From assembly GCA_964016885.1 (NCBI GenBank), contig OZ024742.1:168826001-168890000 (forward strand): a DNA stretch of 64,000 nucleotides. The letters run 5' to 3'. The translations under genes and the position numbers were made by a program. Shown here piece by piece: positions 13,101 to 26,200 of this stretch (positions within the stretch are counted from its first letter, which is position 1; each line of letters opens with the position of its first letter). The notes beneath the pieces were generated by a model, which made no database searches, was not told the DNA's origin, and saw nothing but the letters and a program-made list of their open reading frames with translations. The DNA is from Eledone cirrhosa (lineage: Eukaryota).

Positions 13101-15097
13101 AAATTATCTCCCCCTGATTTTTTTTACAAATTATCTCCCCCTGATTTTTTTTTTACAATTTATCTCCCCCTGATTTTTTTACAAATTATCTCCCCCTGAT
13201 TTTTTTTACAAATTATCTCCGCCTGATTTTTTTAAATATTATCTTCCCTTGGCTGGCGGGAAATTATCTCCCCTTGGACGGCTGAAAATTATCTCCCCTT
13301 GGACGGCTGGAAATTATCTCCCCTTGATTTTTTTTACAAATTATCTCCCCCTGATTTTTTTTTACAAATTATCTCCCCCTGATTTTTTTTTACAAATTAT
13401 CTCCCCCTGATTTTTTTTTACAAATTATCTGCCCCTGATTTTTTTTACAAATTATCTCCCCCTGATTTTTTTACAAATTATCTTCCCTTGGCTGGCTGGA
13501 AATTATCTCCCCTTGGAGGCTGGAATTTATCTCCCCTTGGACGGCTAGAAATTACCTCTCCTTGGACGGCTGGAAAATATTTCTCCTTGGACGGCTGGAT
13601 ATTATCTACCCTTGGGCGGGTGGAAATTATCTCCCCTTGGACGGCTGGAAATTATCTCCCCTTGGACGGCTAGATATTACCTCCCCTTGGACGGCTGGAA
13701 ATTATCTCCCCTTGATTTTTTTTACAAATTATCTCCCCCTGATTTTTTTTTTACAAATTATCTCCCCCTGATTTTTTTACAAATTATCTCCCCCTGATTT
13801 TTTTTACAAATTATCTCCGCCTGATTTTTTTAAATATTATCTTCCCTTGGCTGGCGGGAAATTATCTCCCCTTGGACGGCTGAAAATTATCTCCCCTTGG
13901 ACGGCTGGAAATTATCTCCCCTTGATTTTTTTTACAAATTATCTCCCCCTGATTATTTTTTACAAATTATCTTTCCCTGATTTTTTTTTACAAATTATCT
14001 CCCCCTGATTTTTTTTACAAATTATCTCCCCCTGATTTTTTTACAAATTATCTCCCCTTGGCTGGCTGGAAATTATCTCCCCTTGGTGGCTGGAATTTAT
14101 CTCCCCTTGGACGGCTGGAAATTATCTCTCCTTGGACGGCTAGTAATTACCTCTCCTTGGACGGCTGGAAAATATGTCTCGTTGGAGGGCTGGAAATTAT
14201 CTCCCCTTGGACGGCTGGAAATTATCTCCCCTTGGACGGCTGGAAATTATCTCTCCTTGGACGGCTAGAAATTACCTCTCCTTGGACGGCTGAAAATTAT
14301 CTCTCCTTGGACGGCTGGAAATTATCTCCCCTTGGACGGCTAGATATTACCTCCCCTTGGACGGCTGGAAATTATCTCCCCTTGATTTTTTTTACAAATT
14401 ATCTCCCCCTGATTTTTTTTACAAATTATCTACACCTGATTTTTTTACAAATTATCTCCCCCTGATTTTTTTTACAAATTATCTCCGCCTAATTTTTTTA
14501 AATATTATCTTCCCTTGGCTGGCGGGAAATTATCTCCCCTTGGACGGCTGAAAATTATCTCCCCTTGGACGGCTGGAAATTATCTCCCCTTGATTTTTTT
14601 TACAAATTATCTCCCCCTGATTTTTTTTTACAAATTATCTCCCCCTGATTTTTTTTTACAAATTATCTCCCCCTGATTTTTTTTTACAAATTATCTCCCC
14701 CTGATTTTTTTTACAAATTATCTCCCCCTGATATTTTTTACAAATTATCTCCCCCTGATTTTTTTACAAATTATCTCCCCTTGGCTGGCTGGAAATTATC
14801 TCCCCTTGGAGGCTGGAATTTATCTCCCCTTGGACGGCTAGAAATTACCTCGCCTTGGACGGCTGGAAAATATGTCTCCTTGGACGGCTGGAAATTATCT
14901 CCCCTTGGACGGCTGGAAATTATCTCCCCTTGGACGGCTGGATATTATCTACCCTTGGACGGCTAGATATTACCTCCCCTTTGACGGCTGGAAATTATCT
15001 CCCCTTGATTTTTTTTACAAATTATCTCCCCCTGATTTTTTTTTACAAATTATCTCCCCCTGATTTTTTTTTACAAATTATCTACCCCTGATTTTTT
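4141..15097. repeat. 3090-bp higher-order repeat, about 3.5 near-identical tandem copies (each = 1320-bp + 1770-bp sub-blocks)
   Basis: Identical ORF translations at exact 3090 offsets: 4788/7878/10968/14058, 5511/8601/11691/14781 and 6108/9198/12288. Periodicity breaks at about 15097, where T7 becomes T9 after TCTACCCCTGA. Confidence 0.93.
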
Positions 15098-15229
15098 TTT
15101 ACAAATTATCTCCCCCTGATTTTTTTTACAAATTATCTCTCCCTGATTTTTTTTTACAAATTATCTCCCCCTGATTTTTTTTTACAAACTATCTACCCCT
15201 GATTTTTTTTTACAAATTATCTCCCCCTG

Positions 15230-17230
15230 ATTTTTTTTACAAATTATCTCCCCCTGATTTTTTTACAAATTATCTCCCCCCGATTTTTTTTACAAATTAT
15301 CTCCGCCTAATTTTTTTAAATATTATCTTCCCTTGGCTGGCGGGAAATTATCTCCCCTTGGACGGCTGAAAATTATCTCCCCTTGGACGGCTGGAAATTA
15401 TCTCCCCTTGATTTTTTTACAAATTATCTCCCCCTGATTATTTTTTACAAATTATCTCCCCCTGATTTTTTTTTACAAATTATCTCCCTCTGATTTTTTT
15501 ACAAATTATCTCCCCTTGGCTGGCTGGAAATTATCTCCCCTTGGAGGCTGGAATTTATCTCCCCTTGGACGGTTAGAAATTACCTCTCCTTGGACTGCTG
15601 GAAAATATGTCTCCTTGGACGGCTGGAAATTATATCCCCTTGGACGGCTGGAAATTATCTCCCCTTGGACGGCTGGAAATTATCTCTCCTCGGACGACTA
15701 GAAATTACCTCTCCTTGGACAGCTGAAAATTATCTCCCCTTGGACGGCTGGAAATTATCTCCCCTTGATTTTTTTTACAAATTATCTCCCCCTGATTTTT
15801 TTTTACAAATTATCTCCCCCTGATTTTTTTTTACAAATTATCTCCCCCTGATTTTTTTTACAAATTATCTCCCCCTGATATTTTTTACAAATTATCTCCC
15901 CCTGATTTTTTTACAAATTATCTCCCCTTGGCTGGCTGGAAATTATCTCCCCTTGGAGGCTGGAATTTATCTCCCCTTGGACGGCTAGAAATTACCTCGC
16001 CTTGGACGGCTGGAAAATATGTCTCCTTGGACGGCTGGAAATTATCTCCCCTTGGACGGCTGGAAATTATCTCCCCTTGGACGGCTAGATATTACCTCCC
16101 CTTGGACGGCTGGAAATTATCTCCCCTTGATTTTTTTTACAAATTATCTCCCCCTGATTTTTTTTTACAAATTATCTCCCCCTGATTTTTTTTTACAAAT
16201 TATCTACCCCTGATTTTTTTTACAAATTATCTCCCCCTGATTTTTTTTACAAATTATCTCTCCCTGATTTTTTTTTACAAATTATCTCCCCCTGATTTTT
16301 TTTTACAAATTATCTACCCCTGATTTTTTTTTACAAATTATCTCCCCCTGATTTTTTTTACAAATTATCTCCCCCTGATTTTTTTTACAAATTATCTCCC
16401 CCTGATTTTTTTACAAATTATCTCCCCCCGATTTTTTTTACAAATTATCTCCGCCTAATTTTTTTAAATATTATCTTCCCTTGGCTGGCGGGAAATTATC
16501 TCCCCTTGGACGGCTGAAAATTATCTCCCCTTGGACGGCTGGAAATTATCTCCCCTTGATTTTTTTACAAATTATCTCCCCCTGATTATTTTTTACAAAT
16601 TATCTCCCCCTGATTTTTTTTTACAAATTATCTCCCTCTGATTTTTTTTACAAATTATCTCCCCTTGGCTGGCTGGAAATTATCTCCCCTTGGAGGCTGG
16701 AATTTATCTCCCCTTGGACGGTTAGAAATTACCTCTCCTTGGACTGCTGGAAAATATGTCTCCTTGGACGGCTGGAAATTATCTCCCCTGGGACGGCTGG
16801 AAATTATCTCCCCTTGGACGGCTGGAAATTATCTCTCCTCGGACGACTAGAAATTACCTCTCCTTGGACAGCTGAAAATTATCTCCCCTTGGACGGCTGG
16901 AAATTATCTCCCCTTGATTTTTTTTACAAATTATCTCCCCCTGATTTTTTTTTACAAATTATCTCCCCCTGATTTTATTTTACAAATTATCTCCCCCTGA
17001 TTTTTTTTACAAATTATCTCCCCCTGATATTTTTTACAAATTATCTCCCCCTGATTTTTTTACAAATTATCTCCCCTTGGCTGGCTGGAAATTATCTCCC
17101 CTTGGAGGCTGGAATTTATCTCCCCTTGGACGGCTAGAAATTACCTCGCCTTGGACGGCTGGAAAATATGTCTCCTTGGACGGCTGGAAATTATCTCCCC
17201 TTGGACGGCTGGAAATTATCTCCCCTTGGA
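15230..17230. repeat. ~1149-bp higher-order repeat, about 1.7 copies (412-bp + ~737-bp modules); homologous pairs at ~0.9-2.5, 21.2-23.1, 29.6-31.6, 37.2-39.2, 43.1-45.0, 51.5-53.5 and 56.6-58.6 kb
   Basis: ORF offsets: 15516/16665 and 15928/17077 (1149), 29872/31022 (1150), 37492/38641 (1149), 51764/52914 (1150), 56916/58065 (1149). Diagnostic variants are GGTTAGAA, GGACTGCTGG and CTCGGACGACTAG. Confidence 0.85.
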
Positions 17231-19829
17231 CGGCTGGAAATTATCTCCCCTTGGACGGCTAGATATTACCTCCCCTTGGACGGCTGGAAATTATCTCCCC
17301 TTGATTTTTTTTACAAATTATCTCCCCCTGATTTTTTTTTACAAATTATCTCCCTGATTTTTTTTTACGAATTATCTCCCCCTGATTTTTTTTTACAAAT
17401 TATCTCCGCCTGATTTTTTTTTTAAAATTATCTCCCCTTGAACGGCTGGAAATTATCTCCCCTTGGACGGCTGGAAATTATCTCCCCTTGGACGGCTAGA
17501 AATTACCTCTCCTTGGACGGCTGAAAATTATCTCCCCTTGGACGGCTGCAAATTATCTCCCCTTGATTTTTTAACAAATTATCTCCCCCTGATTTTTTTT
17601 TACAAATTATCTCCCCCTGATTTTTTTTTACAAATTATCTACGCCTAAGTTTTTTTACAAATTATCTCCCCCTGATTTTTTTTTACAAATTATTTCCCCC
17701 TGATTTTTTTACAAATTATCTCCCCCCTGATTTTTTTTACAATCTCCGCCTGATTTTTTAAAAAATTATCTTCCCTTGGCTGGCGAGAAATTATCTCCCC
17801 TTGGACGGCTGGAAATTATATCCCCTTGGACGGCTGGAAATTACCTCCCCTTGGACAGCTGGAAATTATCTGCCCTTGATTTTGTTTTTACAAATTATCT
17901 CCCCCTGATTTTTTTTACAAATTATCTCCACCTGATTTTTTAAAAAATTATCTCCCCTTGGACGGCTGGAAATTATCTCCCCTTGATTTTTTTACAAATT
18001 ATCTCCCCCTGATTTTTTTTACAAATTATCTACCCCTGATTTTTTTTTTACAAATTATCTCCCCCTGATTTTTTTACAAATTATCTCCCCCTGATTTTTT
18101 TTACAAATTATCTCCGCCTGATTTTTTTAAATATTATCTTCCCTTGGCTGGCGGGAAATTATCTCCCCTTGGACGGCTGAAAATTATCTCCCCTTGGACG
18201 GCTGGAAATTATCTCCCCTTGATTTTTTTTACAAATTATCTCCCCCTGATTTTTTTTTACAAATTATCTCCCCCTGATTTTTTTTTACAAATTATCTGCC
18301 CCTGATTTTTTTTACAAATTATCTCCCCCTGATTTTTTTACAAATTATCTCCCCTTGGCTGGCTGGAAATTATCTCCCCTTGGAGGCTGGAATTTTATCT
18401 CCCCTTGGACGGCTAGAAATTACCTCTCCTTGGACGGCTGGAAAATATTTCTCCTTGGACGGCTGGATATTATCTACCCTTGGACGGGTGGAAATTATCT
18501 CCCCTTGGACGGCTGGAAATTATCTCCCCTTGGACGGCTAGATATTACCTCCCCTTGGACGGCTGGAAATTATCTCCCCTTGATTTTTTTTACAAATTAT
18601 CTCCCCCTGATTTTTTTTTTACAAATTATCTCCCCCTGATTTTTTTACAAATTATCTCCCCCTGATTTTTTTTACAAATTATCTCCGCCTGATTTTTTTA
18701 AATATTATCTTCCCTTGGCTGGCGGGAAATTATCTCCCCTTGGACGGCTGAAAATTATCTCCCCTTGGACGGCTGGAAATTATCTCCCCTTGATTTTTTT
18801 TACAAATTATCTCCCCCTGATTATTTTTTACAAATTATCTTTCCCTGATTTTTTTTTACAAATTATCTCCCCCTGATTTTTTTTACAAATTATCTCCCCC
18901 TGATTTTTTTACAAATTATCTCCCCTTGGCTGGCTGGAAATTATCTCCCCTTGGTGGCTGGAATTTATCTCCCCTTGGACGGCTGGAAATTATCTCTCCT
19001 TGGACGGCTAGTAATTACCTCTCCTTGGACGGCTGGAAAATATGTCTCGTTGGAGGGCTGGAAATTATCTCCCCTTGGACGGCTGGAAATTATCTCCCCT
19101 TGGACGGCTGGAAATTATCTCTCCTTGGACGGCTAGAAATTACCTCTCCTTGGACGGCTGAAAATTATCTCTCCTTGGACGGCTGGAAATTATCTCCCCT
19201 TGGACGGCTAGATATTACCTCCCCTTGGACGGCTGGAAATTATCTCCCCTTGATTTTTTTTACAAATTATCTCCCCCTGATTTTTTTTACAAATTATCTA
19301 CACCTGATTTTTTTACAAATTATCTCCCCCTGATTTTTTTTACAAATTATCTCCGCCTAATTTTTTTAAATATTATCTTCCCTTGGCTGGCGGGAAATTA
19401 TCTCCCCTTGGACGGCTGAAAATTATCTCCCCTTGGACGGCTGGAAATTATCTCCCCTTGATTTTTTTTACAAATTATCTCCCCCTGATTTTTTTTTACA
19501 AATTATATCCCCCTGATTTTTTTTTACAAATTATCTCCCCCTGATTTTTTTTACAAATTATCTCCCCTTGGCTGGCTGGAAATTATCTCCCCTTGGAGGC
19601 TGGAATTTATCTCCCCTTGGACGGCTAGAAATTACCTCTCCTTGGACGGCTGGAAAATATGTCCTTGGACGGCTGGATATTATCTACCCTTGGACGGCTG
19701 GAAATTATCTCCCCTTGGACGGCTGGAAATTATCTCCCCTTGGACGGCTAGATATTATCTCCCCTTGGACGGCTGGAAATTATCTCCCCTTGATTTTTTT
19801 TACAAATTATCTCCCCCTGATTTTTTTTA

Positions 19830-20240
19830 CAAATCTAATGATTTTTAAAAAAAAATTATCTCCCCTTCGCTGGCTGGAAATTATCTCCCCTTGGACGCTG
19901 GAAATTATAGCCCCTTGGAGGGCTGGAAATTATCTTCCCTTGGACGGCTGGAAATTATCTTCCCTTGGACGGCTGGAAATTATCTCCCCTTGGCTCGAAA
20001 TTATCTCCCCTTGGACGGCTAGAAATTATCTCTCTTTGGACGGCTGGAAATTATCTCCCTTTGATTTTTTTTACAAATTATCTCCCCCTGATTTTTTTTA
20101 CAAATCTCCCCCTGATTTTTAAAAAAAAATTATCTCCCCTTCGCTGGCTGGAAATTATCTCCCCTTGGACACTGGAAATTATAGCCTCTTGGAGGGCTGG
20201 AAATTATCTTCCCTTGGACGGCTGGAAATTATCTCTGCTT
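19830..20240. repeat. Diverged landmark cassette, copy 1 (internal ~274-bp diverged duplication)
   Basis: Contains variants seen only in this cassette: AAATCTAATGATTTTTAAAAAAAAA, TTCGCTGGCTGG (19866 and 20140), GGACGCTGG/GGACACTGG, TTATAGCC and TTGGCTCGAAA. Confidence 0.9.
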
Positions 20241-23200
20241 GATTTTTTTTACAAATTATCTCCCCCTGATTTTTTTTTACAAATTATCCCCCCCGATTTT
20301 TTTTACAAATTATCTCCCCCTGATTTTTTTTACAAATTATCTCCCCTTGGACGGCTGGAAATTATCTCCCCTTGGACGGCTGGAAATTATCTCCCCTTGG
20401 ACGGCTAGAAGTTACCTCTCCTTGGACGACTGAAAATTATCTCCCCTTGGACGGCTGCAAATTATCTCCCCTTGATTTTTTTTACAAATTATCTCCGCCT
20501 GATTTTTTTTTTAAAATTATCTCCCCTTGGACGGCTGGAAATTATCTCCCCTTGGACGGCTGGAAATTATCTCCCCTTGGACGGCTAGAAGTTACCTCTC
20601 CTTGGACGGCTGGAAATTACCTCCCCTTGGACGGCTGGAAATTATCTCCTTGGACGGCTAGAAATTACCTCTCATTGGACGGCTGAAAATTATCTCCCCT
20701 TGGACGGCTGGAAATTATCTCCCCTTGATTTTTTTTACAAATTATCTCCCCCTGATTTTTTTTTACAAATTATCTCCCCCTGATTTTTTTTTTACAAATT
20801 ATCTCCGCCTGATTTTTTTTTAAATTATCTCTCCTTGGACGGCTGGATATTATCTCCCCTTTCATTTTTTTTACAAATTATCTCCCCCTGATTTTTTTTT
20901 ACAAATTATCTCCCCCTGATTTTTTTTTACAAATTATCTCCCCCTGATTTTTTTTTACAAATTATCTCCCCCTGATTTTTTTTTACAAATTATCTACCCC
21001 TGATTTTTTTTTACAAATTATCTCCCCCTGATTTTTTTTACAAATTATCTCTCCCTGATTTTTTTTTACAAATTATCTCCCCCTGATTTTTTTTTACAAA
21101 TTATCTACCCCTGATTTTTTTTTACAAATTATCTCCCCCTGATTTTTTTTACAAATTATCTCCCCCTGATTTTTTTACAAATTATCTCCCCCCGATTTTT
21201 TTTACAAATTATCTCCGCCTAATTTTTTTAAATATTATCTTCCCTTGGCTGGCGGGAAATTATCTCCCCTTGGACGGCTGAAAATTATCTCCCCTTGGAC
21301 GGCTGGAAATTATCTCCCCTTGATTTTTTTACAAATTATCTCCCCCTGATTATTTTTTACAAATTATCTCCCCCTGATTTTTTTTTACAAATTATCTCCC
21401 TCTGATTTTTTTTACAAATTATCTCCCCTTGGTTGGCTGGAAATTATCTCCCCTTGGAGGCTGGAATTTATCTCCCCTTGGACGGTTAGAAATTACCTCT
21501 CCTTGGACTGCTGGAAAATATGTCTCCTTGGACGGCTGGAAATTATCTCCCCTTGGACGGCTGGAAATTATCTCCCCTTGGACGGCTGGAAATTATCTCT
21601 CCTCGGACGACTAGAAATTACCTCTCCTTGGACAGCTGAAAATTATCTCCCCTTGGACGGCTGGAAATTATCTCCCCTTGATTTTTTTTACAAATTATCT
21701 CCCCCTGATTTTTTTTTACAAATTATCTCCCCCTGATTTTTTTTTACAAATTATCTCCCCCTGATTTTTTTTACAAATTATCTCCCCCTGATATTTTTTA
21801 CAAATTATCTCCCCCTGATTTTTTTACAAATTATCTCCCCTTGGCTGGCTGGAAATTATCTCCCCTTGGAGGCTGGAATTTATCTCCCCTTGGACGGCTA
21901 GAAATTACCTCGCTTTGGACGGCTGGAAAATATGTCTCCTTGGACGGCTGGAAATTATCTCCCCTTGGACGGCTGGAAATTATCTCCCCTTGGACGGCTA
22001 GATATTACCTCCTCTTGGACGGCTGGAAATTATCTCCCCTTGATTTTTTTTACAAATTATCTCCCCCTGATTTTTTTTTACAAATTATCTCCCCCTGATT
22101 TTTTTTTACAAATTATCTACCCCTGATTTTTTTTTACAAATTATCTCCCCCTGATTTTTTTTACAAATTATCTCTCCCTGATTTTTTTTTACAAATTATC
22201 TCCCCCTGATTTTTTTTTACAAATTATCTACCCCTGATTTTTTTTTACAAATTATCTCCCCCTGATTTTTTTTACAAATTATCTCCCCCTGATTTTTTTT
22301 ACAAATTATCTCCCCCTGATTTTTTTACAAATTATCTCCCCCCGATTTTTTTTACAAATTATCTCCGCCTAATTTTTTTAAATATTATCTTCCCTTGGCT
22401 GGCGGGAAATTATCTCCCCTTGGACGGCTGAAAATTATCTCCCCTTGGACGGCTGGAAATTATCTCCCCTTGATTTTTTTACAAATTATCTCACCCTGAT
22501 TATTTTTTACAAATTATCTCCCCCTGATTTTTTTTTACAAATTATCTCCCTCTGATTTTTTTTACAAATTATCTCCCCTTGGCTGGCTGGAAATTATCTC
22601 CCCTTGGAGGCTGGAATTTATCTCCCCTTGGACGGTTAGAAATTACCTCTCCTTGGACTGCTGGAAAATAGGGTCTCCTTGGACGGCTGGAAATTATCTC
22701 CCCTGGGACGGCTGGAAATTATCTCCCCTTGGACGGCTGGAAATTATCTCTCCTCGGACGACTAGAAATTACCTCTCCTTTGACAGCTGAAAATTATCTC
22801 CCCTTGGACGGCTGGAAATTATCTCCCCTTGATTTTTTTTACAAATTATCTCCCCCTGATTTTTTTTTACAAATTATCTCCCCCTGATTTTATTTTACAA
22901 ATTATCTCCCCCTGATTTTTTTACAAATTATCTCCCCCTGATATTTTTTACAAATTATCTCCCCCTGATTTTTTTACAAATTATCTCCCCTTGGCTGGCT
23001 GGAAATTATCTCCCCTTGGAGGCTGGAATTTATCTCCCCTTGGACGGCTAGAAATTACCTCGCCTTGGACGGCTGGAAAATATGTCTCCTTGGACGGCTG
23101 GAAATTATCTCCCCTTGGACGGCTGGAAATTATCTCCCCTTGGACGGCTGGAAATTATCTCCCCTTGGACGGCTAGATATTACCTCCCCTTGGACGGCTG

Positions 23201-26200
23201 GAAATTATCTCCCCTTGATTTTTTTTACAAATTATCTCCCCCTGATTTTTTTTTACAAATTATCTCCCTGATTTTTTTTTACGAATTATCTCCCCCTGAT
23301 TTTTTTTTACAAATTATCTCCGCCTGATTTTTTTTTAAAAATTATCTCCCCTTGAACGGCTGGAAATTATCTCCCCTTGGACGGCTGGAAATTATCTCCC
23401 CTTGGACGGCTAGAAATTACCTCTCCTTGGACGGCTGAAAATTATCTCCCCTTGGACGGCTGCAAATTATCTCCCCTTGATTTTTTAACAAATTATCTCC
23501 CCCTGATTTTTTTTTACAAATTATCTCCCCCTGATTTTTTTTTACAAATTATCTACGCCTAAGTTTTTTTACAAATTATCTCCCCCTGATTTTTTTTTAC
23601 AAATTATCTCCCCCTGATTTTTTTTACAAATTATCTCCCCCTGATTTTTTTTTACAAATTATTTCCCCCTGATTTTTTTACAAATTATCTCCCCCCTGAT
23701 TTTTTTTACAATCTCCGCCTGATTTTTTAAAAAATTATCTTCCCTTGGCTGGCGGGAAATTATCTCCCCTTGGACGGCTGGAAATTATATCCCCTTGGAC
23801 GGCTGGAAATTACCTCCCCTTGGACAGCTGGAAATTATCTGCCCTTGATTTTGTTTTTACAAATTATCTCCCCCTGATTTTTTTTACAAATTATCTCCAC
23901 CTGATTTTTTAAAAAATTATCTCCCCTTGGACGGCTGGAAATTATCTCCCCTTGATTTTTTTACAAATTATCTCCCCCTGATTTTTTTTACAAATTATCT
24001 CCCCCTGATTTTTTTTTTACAAATTATCTCCCCCTGATTTTTTTACAAATTATCTCCCCCTGATTTTTTTTACAAATTATCTCCGCCTGATTTTTTTAAA
24101 TATTATCTTCCCTTGGCTGGCGGGAAATTATCTCCCCTTGGACGGCTGAAAATTATCTCCCCTTGGACGGCTGGAAATTATCTCCCCTTGATTTTTTTTA
24201 CAAATTATCTCCCCCTGATTTTTTTTTACAAATTATCTCCCCTGATTTTTTTTTACAAATTATCTGCCCCTGATTTTTTTTACAAATTATCTCCCCCTGA
24301 TTTTTTTACAAATTATCTCCCCTTGGCTGGCTGGAAATTATCTCCCCTTGGAGGCTGGAATTTATCTCCCCTTGGACGGCTAGAAATTACCTCTCCTTGG
24401 ACGGCTGGAAAATATTTCTCCTTGGACGGCTGGATATTATCTACCCTTGGACGGGTGGAAATTATCTCCCCTTGGACGGCTGGAAATTATCTCCCCTTGG
24501 ACGGCTAGATATTACCTCCCCTTGGACGGCTGGAAATTATCTCCCCTTGATTTTTTTTACAAATTATCTCCCCCTGATTTTTTTTTTACAAATTATCTCC
24601 CCCTGATTTTTTTACAAATTATCTCCCCCTGATTTTTTTTACAAATTATCTCCGCCTGATTTTTTTAAATATTATCTTCCCTTGGCTGGCGGGAAATTAT
24701 CTCCCCTTGGACGGCTGAAAATTATCTCCCCTTGGACGGCTGGAAATTATCTCCCCTTGATTTTTTTTACAAATTATCTCCCCCTGATTATTTTTTACAA
24801 ATTATCTTTCCCTGATTTTTTTTTACAAATTATCTCCCCCTGATTTTTTTTACAAATTATCTCCCCCTGATTTTTTTACAAATTATCTCCCCTTGGCTGG
24901 CTGGAAATTATCTCCCCTTGGTGGCTGGAATTTATCTCCCCTTGGACGGCTGGAAATTATCTCTCCTTGGACGGCTAGTAATTACCTCTCCTTGGACGGC
25001 TGGAAAATATGTCTCGTTGGAGGGCTGGAAATTATCTCCCCTTGGACGGCTGGAAATTATCTCCCCTTGGACGGCTGGAAATTATCTCTCCTTGGACGGC
25101 TAGAAATTACCTCTCCTTGGACGGCTGAAAATTATCTCTCCTTGGACGGCTGGAAATTATCTCCCCTTGGACGGCTAGATATTACCTCCCCTTGGACGGC
25201 TGGAAATTATCTCCCCTTGATTTTTTTTACAAATTATCTCCCCCTGATTTTTTTTTACAAATTATCTCCCCCTGATTTTTTTTTACAAATTATCTACGCC
25301 TAAGTTTTTTTACAAATTATCTCCCCCTGATTTTTTTTTACAAATTATCTCCCCCTGATTTTTTTTACAAAATATCTCCCCCTGATTTTTTTTTACAAAT
25401 TATTTCCCCCTGATTTTTTTACAAATTATCTCCCCCCTGATTTTTTTTACAATCTCCGCCTGATTTTTTAAAAAATTATCTTCCCTTGGCTGGCGGGAAA
25501 TTATCTCCCCTTGGACGGCTGGAAATTATATCCCCTTGGACGGCTGGAAATTACCTCCCCTTGGACAGATGGAAATTATCTGCCCTTGATTTTGTTTTTA
25601 CAAATTATCTCCCCCTGATTTTTTTTACAAATCATCTCCACCTGATTTTTTAAAAAATTATCTCCCCTTGGACGGCTGGAAATTATCTCCCCTTGATTTT
25701 TTTACAAATTATCTCCCCCTGATTTTTTTTACAAATTATCTCCCCCTGATTTTTTTTTTACAAATTATCTCCCCCTGATTTTTTTACAAATTATCTCCCC
25801 CTGATTTTTTTTACAAATTATCTCCGCCTGATTTTTTTAAATATTATCTTCCCTTGGCTGGCGGGAAATTATCTCCCCTTGGACGGCTGAAAATTATCTC
25901 CCCTTGGACGGCTGGAAATTATCTCCCCTTGATTTTTTTTACAAATTATCTCCCCCTGATTTTTTTTTACAAATTATCTCCCCCTGATTTTTTTTTACAA
26001 ATTATCTCCCCCTGATTTTTTTTTACAAATTATCTGCCCCTGATTTTTTTTACAAATTATCTCCCCCTGATTTTTTTACAAATTATCTTCCCTTGGCTGG
26101 CTGGAAATTATCTCCCCTTGGAGGCTGGAATTTATCTCCCCTTGGACGGCTAGAAATTACCTCTCCTTGGACGGCTGGAAAATATTTCTCCTTGGACGGC

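Larger units (their letters stand above)
1..20212. repeat. Super-unit 1 of the ~20-kb top-level repeat (20212 bp)
   Basis: The rare variant string CTTGGACGGCTGGAAATTATCTCTGCTTGA at position 1 recurs at 20213, 42189 and 61613. Identical ORF-track entries start at 27, 20239, 42215 and 61639. Confidence 0.88.

Noticed and set aside
19830-19870. Transposon footprint or poly(A) retro-insertion at CTAATGATTTTTAAAAAAAAA
   Set aside because: It is explainable as a degenerate B monomer, with related TTTTTTAAAAAA tails elsewhere (e.g. ~3618-3630). There is no target-site duplication, terminal repeat or foreign sequence.
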